64,000 bases of DNA from Lingula anatina (taxonomy: Eukaryota > Animalia > Brachiopoda): contig CM120644.1 of the NCBI GenBank assembly GCA_051362555.1, positions 20,110,534 through 20,174,533 on the forward strand, read 5' to 3'. A program made the translations under genes and the position numbers. The notes under the pieces were generated by a model. That model worked only from the letters and a program-made list of their open reading frames with translations, searched no databases and had not been told where the DNA came from. This document shows positions 11,051-22,221 of the stretch, in pieces. The stretch's first letter is position 1. The number at the start of each line of letters is the position of its first letter.

Positions 11051-14000
11051 TTGTTTGTATAAATTATAAGATAAGAATAAAATATTAATATACATAGTTT
11101 TCTTTTATGAAAAAAAGCAGAGAAACTGGCATTACCTTTTAGTTGGAGTTCTTTTAGAAATTGACGTGTCAGTTAATAATAAAATCTGAACATTGTGTGT
11201 AGGTTTTAATGCTGATGTTTTGATCTGAATGTTGTGTGTAGGTTTTAATACTGATATTTTGATCCAATGTTGTGTGTAGGTTTTAATGCTGATGTTTTGA
11301 TCTGAATATTGTGTGTAGGTTTTAATGCTGATGTTTTGATCTGAATGTTGTGTGTAGGTTTTAATACTGATATTTTGATCCAATGTTGTGTGTAGGTTTT
11401 AATGCTGATGTTTTGATCTGAATGTTGTGTGTAGGTTTTAATGCTGATGTTTTGATCTGAATGTTGTGTGTAGGTTTTAATACTGATATTTTGATCCAAT
11501 GTTGTGTGTAGGTTTTAATGCTGATGTTTTGATCTGAATATTGTGTGTAGGTTTTAATGCTGATGTTTTGATCTGAATATTGTGTGTAGGTTTTAATGCT
11601 GATGTTTTGATCTGAATGTTGTGTGTAGGTTTTAATGCTGATGTTTTGATCTGAATATTGTGTGTAGGTTTTAATGCTGATGTTTTGATCTGAATGTTGT
11701 GTGTAGGTTTTAATGCTGATGTTTTGGTCTGAATATTGTGTGTAGGTTTTAATGCTGACCCTGCAGAATGAGCCGCCAAACATAGACTCAGCGGCTGAGG
11801 ACAAGGACCAGTATAAAAACTATGGCAAACTGTTTCGCAAGATGATAGCTGAGTGCCTTAAAAAGGAACCAGAGAAAAGGTTAACTGTCAACTTTTAATA
11901 GAATTACTAGCTCTGAGTCATTTAGAAATTACAGTGCTGTTTTATTAAAGGCAGAAACTAAGTACAAAAATGATGGTAAAATGTACTGAGAAGGTTACAG
12001 ATGAGTGCAGTAAAGGGATTCAGTGTAAATGTATGAATTGCCTGCAAAAACAAGTAATGTATTAGTTCTTTTTGATTAATATCTTTAAATAGATATTTTT
12101 CATGATGTAGCATTTAATTGTTACAAACTGATTTGAATATACATGTATGTGCTCATGGGCTGGTCTAACACAATATTTTGCTTTTCCAGACCAACAGCAA
12201 AACAGTTACTGAAAAATGAATTTTTCAAAAAATCCAAGGTTGGTAACAGTTTTCATTATCTTGACTCAGTACCTTATGATATGGCTAAATTGTGCATTAA
12301 TTTTGTTTCTTTTATACATCATACTTAGATTCTCATTTTGATTTTTGTAAATGATGTTCCATGTATTAATGGTATAAACAGAGGGTATTGACAAGATAAT
12401 GAAATTAAAGAAAAGATCAGTTTTAATGTGAATATTTGGAAATGTCAATAATTATACTGCTACAGTTGAATACATAGGATTTCCTGTGGTTTTCAGGACA
12501 AGGCACATTTGGTCAAACTGCTCACAGACCAGGGACCCCCAGTCAAGCCACAGAAGGTAAGTTGTGCTGGATATGAGCGATTTCAGAACAACTGACTAGC
12601 AGTTCCGCAGATCAAATATGGCTGACCCACTCGAATGCTTTGTTGTGTAATACCCATGGGGAATTCATTCAGTGTCTAATCAGGAATTAAGTGGCAAGCT
12701 TTTTAGTGGGTCACCATATTTGATCTGTGGATATGTTAGTGTGCTGTTCTGAATGCGTTCTGTCACATAAGGAGAGGGAATACTGGGAAAAGAATTATGT
12801 TGAAACTGACACTGCCTGGAAGTTAAGGTAGCTTTGTGAGGGTTCCTTTGTAGGTTGGTCAACCACTTTCCTAAATTTCTTCAGTAAATTGTGCATTCTA
12901 TAGTTTTGTTGTCTCAGATGTAAATTTAAAAAAATTGCTAAATTTGTGAAACATGCTCATTAAAAACGTATACATATTTTTCTCTATGTAAAACAATACT
13001 GATCACTAGAACCGAATGGTGTCTTTTGTTGTTGTTGTAAACCAATGTATTTCAATTAAAACAATTTGTATGCATTTAAAATTATAGCTTGTTACCAGTG
13101 TGTGTGAACTTCATTTTTGTTGAAACGATACATGCTTCTGCAGTTGTTGATGTTATTAAACAGTTTTCTGAAATGATTACCAAATGACATGTAGAAAGAG
13201 ATTAAAATCATAATGTGTGTGAAATCATATAGTGATCTCAGCTTTACGTAAGAATACTTTTTTGCTCATAATCACAATAATAATCATGTTTAGCTCATAT
13301 ATATTTGTAGCAGCAGATTTCCCCCCTGAAATAACTGATATTCCCTAACCATCATCTGGCAGTAGTATATATACATAGTACTGTGATTCACCCCACAATC
13401 TCTGTAACCTGACCCAGTCCCCATACAAGAATCCTTTTTTTGCTATGTTTAGCTCATATATATTTGTAGCAGCAGATTTCCCCCCTGAAATAACTGATAT
13501 TCCCTAGCCATCATCAGGCAGTAGTATATATACATAGTACTGTGATTCACCCCACAATCTCTGTAACCTGACCCAGTCCCCGTACAAGAATCCTTTTTTG
13601 CTCATAATCACAATAATAATCATGTTTAGCTCATATATATTTGTAGCAACAGATCTCCCCCCTGAAATAACTGATATTCCCTAGCCATCATCAGGCAGTA
13701 GTATATATACATAGTACTGTGATTCACCCCACAATCTCTGTAACCTGACCCAGTCCCCATACAAGAATCCTTTTTTTGCTATATTTAGCTCATATATATT
13801 TGTAGCAGCAGATCTCCCCCCTGAAATAACTGATATTCCCTTGCCATCATCAGGCAGTAGTATGTATATATACATAGTACTGTGATTCACCCCACAATCT
13901 CTGTAACCTGACCCAGTCCCTGTACACCCAGCCAACATATCGCTACCCCAGCATGACCTTTACTGACCTTATCTTGTTATCTAAAGAGGGATATAAGCTA

Positions 14001-17000
14001 ACACTGAAGTGAAAGAGGAGCTGACACTGTAAACAAGAAGCACTGAAGTAGTTTGTTTACCTGGATGGGCTGTGTACTGCACTATGGACGGCAGGGCACA
14101 CATTTATATGGCTTTAATGATTGTAATGTTAAATATTTGTAAGGGAGAGAAAATACTTCTTTTCCCATTCTCACAGATATTTAACTCAAGAACCATGAAT
14201 GTAGAGAAAATCGCTATCTTGCTAAGGGACAGTAATCATTCTGTCAGTATGTTGGTCAGTGACCATTACCAGCCAAGCAGGAATATAGACAGTGTGCATT
14301 TGATTCGGTACAAAATGCCGGAGGTGTGGATCAACCAAGGCGGAGAGCTGGACTTGACCACTGCTCTCAGCTACATTGACCAGCCAGCCATCCCCCTCCT
14401 CAGAGACACAGACATCATGGAGTTTACCCTGTGTGATGCTTTATTTGGAGACCAAACCTTAATTCAGAGTCTGAAACAGGAAAACTTCTCCCTCTATTTC
14501 TTTGATTTTGTAAACTTTGGTCCAGGGATATTCCTGAATGAATACTTGCAGGTGCCGTCCATTGCCTACTCTAACTATGGGTTCTGGAACTCGTGGTGGG
14601 TCTTCCACCAGCCCATCTTCTACTCTTACATGCCATTTCCTTTGGGCAGCCTATCAGATCACATGACTTTCTGGGAACGAATCCAAAACATTTACGACCA
14701 CTGGGAAGGCATGAAGTGGATGAACGACAAAATAGAAGATTTAGAGAGAAAAAGATGGGAATATTTTCCCAACGAGAAGTGGCCCCACATGCGACATGCT
14801 TTTGAACGTGTTTCGCTGGTCATTGCAGCCAATGTCCATTTTGCTTTTAATTACCCGTGCCCTGTCATGCCTCATGTCAAACCCATTCCTGGTCTCCTGT
14901 GGACACCACCCCAACCTCTGTCTCAGTATTACAGTGACATGGTCTCCTGGGCTGATCACGGCATTGTTCTCATGAGCTTTGGTACCTTGGTTCCAACCAT
15001 GCTTGAAGAAAAAGCAGAACTTTTTGCCAGAGTATTTGCCAAACTTCCCCAGAAGGTTCTGTGGCGCTACAAGGGAACACCTCCCAAATTCCTGGGCAGG
15101 AACACCCACCTGGTAGAATGGTTCCCCCAGAATGACCTCCTGGCCCACACTGCCACCAGACTGTTCATCAGCCACTGTGGAGTGAGCAGTACCTGGGAGA
15201 CGCTGTACCATGCTGTCCCTGTGGTCGCCATTCCTCTGCTGTTTGACCAGCATCACCACGCCAGAACACTAACAGACAGGGCCGGGGTGGGAGTGAGACT
15301 GGCCTTCAGTACTTTGACTGAGGACATCCTGGAGATGGCCATACGCAGTGTTCTGGGGAATAAAGTGTTCAAGGAAAACGCTGTTAAGCTGTCAGAGCTC
15401 CTCAAAGACACCCCTATGTCTGGGCAAGATGAACTGTTATATTGGATAAACTATGTCATGCGCCATAATGGCTCCAGTCACTTTCACTCACAAGCAGCTT
15501 ACAGACTGAACTGGGTCCAGTATTTCTTACTGGATGTCGCAGCCCTCATGGCTGTGCTTGCTTTCACTGTTATTCTTGCTGTAGTTCTTATGGTGATATT
15601 TGTGCATAAGTTGTCCAAGAACATACTGCCTTTACTTTTTAAGAAGAAACTGAAGACTGCATGAATGGTAAGTGTCATTGTAGGAGACCTCAGTTTTTTA
15701 AACTGTGAATTATTTTTGTCATCAGTATATGGTTAATAAATTAAAACTAAAATTTTGTAAAAAGAAAACAATATGTGGCTTTTATTTTCTTTTTCTGTAA
15801 TTGAAAGCACATGATCCAAGGTGTGTGGTAAGGAAAATTTACAAAGCTTCATGAATTGAGAATAAACAGCAGTCTTTTTTATTTTTTGAAGTAAAGGTTG
15901 GAGTAACATTCAACTCTTCAGATCTGCATTCAAGTTAAGTTGATATTATGTTTTCTCCCAAGTACTTTGTGAACTTGAATGTGAGTCGTGTACGACTTCT
16001 TGCTCTTATCTAATTATTTCACCAACACCAGGATTTTTCAGTGCCATTTTACAGTAGAGATATTCGACCAGTGGCACACTGATAATCATGATGCCCTATA
16101 AGTGTTATTAAATCTTGTGTGTTTGCTACCTCCATGATGTGATATGAAAAAAATACAATTTTATTTAGTATAAAAATATCGGTCAGTCTTAAATGAGATA
16201 TGCTTGCGCATGCATACTCAGTTAGCTTGTGACATGTGGCTGGTGCAGACAGCCTAAATAGATGCGATCTATTTGCTATCAGAATCAGTCTAAAAACAAA
16301 TGCAGTTTGTTGCTTGAGTTGTAATACCTTAATTTGCAACGGAGTTGCAAACTTTTATGCGACATAAATTGATCTGTAACGTAGTTACACACTTGTACGA
16401 ATCAATTTTAAACTGTCACCATGACCCAGTAGCCTGCATGGCAGTAGTACAGTTTCCAATGACCCCTGAGTTTCAGGGTGTCTAACAACATGCAGGGTGT
16501 CACAGGGGAGTTACTGGGGAGCATCCCTGGTGTCTACCTCTTGTTTTATGGAATGTTTGTGCCTGTAAACGTTTTTTTGAAACCCTTTAAAACATAAATA
16601 AAAATGGCTTTACAAGATATTTTTAAAGCAAAAGAAAAACATGACTGTTTTAGTACAGTTGACTTTCAGTTCAAACAAATATGTGTTAGATAGAGGCTCT
16701 CTTACATTAACATGTGATTGCAAAGACTTTAACACCTTGTAACTAAATGTGAAACACAGACCAAATAACATATTGTGTGATTTTTTTTTTTCAGATTAAA
16801 ATCCGCACATCAGTGGGACTTAAACTTAGTTTGCCCATTTTGACTTTACTTGACCCAAGATGGATAACAAGGGAAGGGGATCAGAATCATAATTTGTAAT
16901 CATAATGTGTAGATGCTAACGGTTGATAACAAAGTAAATATTGATGGTCTGTTTTCCTACCTTCAGGTGAAGAGAGTTCCTGGGTCCAGTGGACGCCTGC

Positions 17001-20000
17001 ACAAGACAAAAGACGGCACGTGGGAGTGGTCAGATGATGACCTGGACGAGAACTCAGAGGAGGGTCAGTTAGCCAAGCAGTCTGACAGGGTAAGTACACA
17101 GATGGGAATGATCTACCATTTTATGTGGTAGTAAAAGGTTGCTGGCTTTTCAGTTAAGACATATTTGTTTAGCTTTCATCTTGTTCAGTTAATCTTTTGA
17201 TGAATCTAATAACTACAGAAAATGACTTTTAGCACAATTTATCTACTATAAAAAAGAAAGCCAATCTCATATGTAAAGTGATGTTGTTTGTATCAGGGAG
17301 AATGTAGCCAACACACAACCCCCATGCTGAGCTCTGAAAGTGACAGTTATCTTTATTTATTTATCAATGGTACATATATTATGTTGACATGTGTAAATAG
17401 TTTCTTCACAAATTCCACATCTTATTTCAACTTTGAGACACCTACTTCCACACACCCAGATATAAACAAATTATACCATTGTTTTTATAAAAGTATGTGA
17501 GGAGATCACCTCCACACTGAACCAGCTTACACCAACATACTGTATCATATGAATCTCCCCCTGGCTGCCAGGCTAATAAACCTGCAGCAAAGCTGTTCAA
17601 TGTACAGACAGAAAAGCAAATAATGATGCACAAAATGGGTTATTTTATCAATTTTGATGCTATTTTACATGATGCTAAGCAGCAAAATCAGCACCAAATT
17701 TTAATCATGCAAATGAGTTGTACTTGTCCAAAGACATTTGTAGGACAAACCAGTTTAGTCTGTATTGTTCTCTTTCAGTCTCCACGTGTCAAGGAAGAGA
17801 CTCCGGTGCAGAAAGAGATTGAACCAGTATGTATTTTTTCTTTGTAAGACTTATTTTATTTATCATGTTGGTATAATTTATTGATTGTCATGACTGTATT
17901 GCACATCTGCTACAGCATGCTTTTGCCACTCACCTCCATGTTTTGCAAGTTTTGTAATCAGCAGCTGTGTATGAATATTAACAGTCAGTTGAGTTTGTTG
18001 CTGTTTATATCAAAGCTTTGTTTTGTGTAATTGAAATCTATGAAGTTGGATTTTTATTAGTGTTTTAAGTTGTTCCTGAAGTAGACTTTTTTTGGATAGT
18101 CTGGTAGTTTGCTTCTTACTAGTTTATTTAATTTTTAGTTTATTTAATTTGATTCCTTTTGCATATTTTATGTGAATTCAGTTTAAAATTACAAATGATT
18201 ATTTTAATAAGTGTCCTAAATTATTCCTTTAGTAGACATCTGTGGTTTGCTTCTTTAGTTAATTTAATGTTTAGTTTATTTAATTTGATTTCCTTTTGTT
18301 TTAAGTGAATTCAGTTTAAAAGCTAAATAATTTTTGAAGAAAAAGTTGTTTTGAACATGTTTTTACATTTAAATGGATAATCCTAATAGCACAGTTAATT
18401 TTTATAAATGTGACATATAACATATTAAATTATTAGTTGATGCTGCTTATACTCTTGGTTTTTTTTAAAAACCTTGAAAATTGTGTTTATAAGGCACAGA
18501 TATTTGTTAACAGCATGCAGATACAATGATATACAAAATTACTTTTCATCATTTTGTTGATTTTTATGATCACCCTATACTTAATTAAATGTTAATTAAC
18601 TTGTTGCTGACAGACTAAGTAACTTGAGTGTTGTATTTAATCTAATATTTAAAGCTAATTTTAAATGATTTCCAAACCTCAGTCATAACATCAATTTTGC
18701 AACTAAATGCGATAAGGAAAGGCAACTGCTTGCACTCACAGCGATGTCATCCACACAAACTGCATTGCATGATGGGATATTTCTGCTCTTCAGGCCAGCT
18801 CGCCTCTGCCTGCGCCTGTGGTCAGTGTGGCAGCCTCTGGATTGTCCCCTCCCCCCTCCTCCTCTTCTGCCAAACCCACGACTACACCCACTTCTACCAT
18901 ACCCCCAGTCCTAACTAGTGTGCCAGACCCTGGGGCTCAGACGTCTGCCCCTGGGGACCTGGCAGCCGATCAGGTACAGTATTGTTTTATAGTGTGTGGC
19001 TAAAACCAAAGTGCTGGCTCTTAGGTTCTCAGTAATATTCAAAACTATTCCTGTATAGAAATATAGACATCAGATGTGCTTGAGATAACCTTATATTGGA
19101 GGGGTTTAGACATTTGTAAAGTCTGCATTTGGAAAGATAAAAAGCTACGTAAAACAAAAACATGACATTGGGATATTTTCAAAGGTGAAGAGGATACCTG
19201 CAAATACCTTATAAGAAATTAAAATTATTTGACAAAACAGGAAACTCTTGGCAAACATAACTTAATACATAAAATACCAGCCCAAGGTTAATTGTTGGTC
19301 TAGTAAGTGTCATATGTGAGATATTACCAGGACTTCAGGGAATAATGACCAGATCTGATATTTACTGCAACCAGTTGAATTCTGTTGGTTAAAAATAAAT
19401 TGTTCCATGGCTACGTGTGTACACAGCAGACATGATGCCTTGCCTAGTCCAACCTCAGTAAAGAAACCAAGACTTTTAATGCCACATCAGCTGACTGCTG
19501 CTTTCATTTGGCTGCACCTCTGGCCCAGCAGCTGTCTTTTTTTTAGCAAAAACATGCGTGTGTGGTGAAAAAGTTTGTGTTCCTTTTATTTTGGGGAGGA
19601 CGTCTTCACAGTGTTTTATAATATCAAAAATAACAATTTGAACACATAGCCAAGTCATTACTGGCTTAAAATAGAGAAAAACTTTCACCTACAACAGTCT
19701 TGATGAAATTGAAGTGATAATTTGTATTTAATGTGTTTCATGTTTAAAGTTATACTAATATTATAGTTACCATGGTGAATATATATTTGTGTACATTGTT
19801 TACAATCTTATATCAATTTGGCTATAACACTATCACTTGATGTGTATATGTAGTTATGAACTAACAGCTGAATTCTTAACTTTAACAAGAATATATACAA
19901 TTCAACTCATTAAATCCATCAGTGGTTCTGATGCAATGATTTGATGACATTTGCTAATTGTTCACCTGTGATTCCAGGAATTGCCTCTTGTCACATACAG

Positions 20001-22166
20001 TATGGTGCTAAGACTGAGGTAAGTGATTGTCACATACAGTATGGTGCTAAGACTGAGGTAAGTGATTGTCACATACAGTATGGTGCTAAGACTGAGGTAA
20101 GTGATTGTCACATACAGTATGGTGCTAAGACTGAGGTAAGTGATTGTCACATACAGTATGGTGCTAAGACTGAGTTAAGTGATTGTCACATACAGTATGG
20201 TGCTAAGACTGAGGTAAGTGATTGTCACATACAGTATGGTGCTAAGACTGAGGTAAATTTATGGATTTTTGTTGTACATTATATTCCAACATTTAATTGT
20301 TGAATTGTGATAATTTCTAAATTAATTAGTTCAAGGATGCTACAAAATCTATGGCTTGGGAGTCAATTTTTATATTCCAGAGACATTACATGGCGCAGTA
20401 TATAAAGAATAAGTTAATTGTGTTCAGAATTTAAATATTCAATAATTTAGATAGTTTTATATTTGTGTGCATATTATTCATCACAACAGATAAATTCATA
20501 ATATTTCTGTAATAAATTGTCTGCTGATTAACCACTTACGTTATCTTGGAGAAAACGTAAATTCTTGTAATTGTGGACTATATCAAAGTTATTGTCTTTT
20601 AGGAATGAAAGTAAAGAATTAAATGATATCAAGTTTGACTTCACCACAGGACAAGGTGGGTATAGAGTTAGGACCTTATAAGGAAAGGAAAATTGAGGGA
20701 GAAAAAAAAAATATTTTTTTCAACAAACTTTGATGAAATACAATTTTCAGTTGCTTGACTAGAAAGAAAACTTGTATCATCTTTGCAGTTTTCATCCATT
20801 CATTTTTCTCTGACAACAGTGTATTCTTTATTCGTTGTTTATATATCAACAAAAACTGCTAAAATGCTTTATGATATTTTAAAAATAATTCAGAGTCACT
20901 GCACAACTGTTCAGTTTCGAACCATTTTAATCAATTTTAAATTAGTGCATGGCTTTTATGATGCTGATAAATGTTGGTCAGGTATGATGGAATTCAAATA
21001 ATGTACCAGTTACAAATAATAATTAAAGGCGTGCTGTGTGTCAGACCTTTGTAGAGCAAAAAGTCCATTTGGTTATTAATTCCAACTTGGGGTCACCTTA
21101 TCCAGCCTGGCCACACTGTGAACTGTTCACCTGGCTTGGACTGGTTAGGCTCCATTCAGAACAGCAGATTAACTAGTCCATGACTCAAATATGGCGACAC
21201 ACTAAAAAGCTTGCCATCTAATCCAGTAATAGACACTGAATAGATTCCCTGCATGGATTACGTAACAAGCATTCATGTGGGTCGGCCATAGATCCATGGA
21301 TTAGTTAGTCCGTCATTCTGAATGCGGTCTTAGTTCCCATTGTTTGAGTTAGCTTAATGTCATGAAGGTGGAGACTGTTGAATGTTTCCTGTACCAGTGG
21401 TAAGTTAAGTTATTTCTGTTCCAGACATTCTTGCATTCTTCCATTGATTTACTTGTCCATCTTTTGATGTCAGTTATAATGAGAGTTGGACACTATAGTT
21501 ATATCTCCTGTACCTGTAGTTATAGTCTAGTTATTAATGTTCCAGACACAGCAGACAGTGTGTCCAGAGAGTTGGTGGACAGCAAGGACACTATAGTTAT
21601 ATCTCCTGTACCTGTAGTTATAGTCTAGTTATTAATGTTCCAGACACAGCAGACAGTGTGTCCAGAGAGTTGGTGGACAGCAAGGACACTATAGTTATAT
21701 CTCCTGTACCTGTAGTTATTGTCTAGTTATTTATGTTCCAGGACACAGCAGACAGTGTGTCCAGAGAGCTAGTGGACAGCAAGGACACTATAGTTATATC
21801 TCCTGTGCCTGTAGTTATAGTCTAGTTATTTCTGTTCTAGACACAGCAGACAGTGTGTCCAGAGAGCTGGTGGAGGCAGGCCTGGTGGACGGCAAGGACA
21901 CTATAGTGGGTGAGTTGGCTCATCATCCTTGGCTGTTGAATATCAGTAGTTTGATCTCAAGAATACAGTAGCAATATGTTTTATTTAATAGATAGTTGTG
22001 CTATTTAGTAAGTATGTCACTAAGGATTATCTGTCGGTGTCTCTGTGTCCAAAAAACAAAACAAAACAAAACAAATGAACAGTTTAAACTAAATAAATCA
22101 GATATCAAGGTGAAACCTCTTTCTAGTGTGAAAGCAGTTTTGTTTTCATTTTCTTCCTGCAGCACA

Positions 22167-22221
<55 letters not shown>

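Noticed and set aside
10445-11095. His/Thr- and Cys/Val-rich ORFs
   Set aside because: Translations of the (TG)n microsatellite. Only 10457-10558 is a real exon.
11132-11804. Minus-strand repeat ORFs ([13 protein letters not shown])n
   Set aside because: Antisense translation of the 39-bp acceptor array, broken by the 38-bp units.
14072-14083. GTG start used by the ORF track for the UGT
   Set aside because: Eukaryotic gene. The first in-frame ATG is 14084, which gives a normal signal peptide.
14741-15259. 172-aa antisense ORF within the UGT
   Set aside because: Shadow ORF with no recognisable motifs.
19941-20303. 120-aa ORF ([13 protein letters not shown])n as a repeat protein or exon extension
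   Set aside because: It is in a different frame from the kinase exon ([14 protein letters not shown]) and is open only because the unit is 39 bp.
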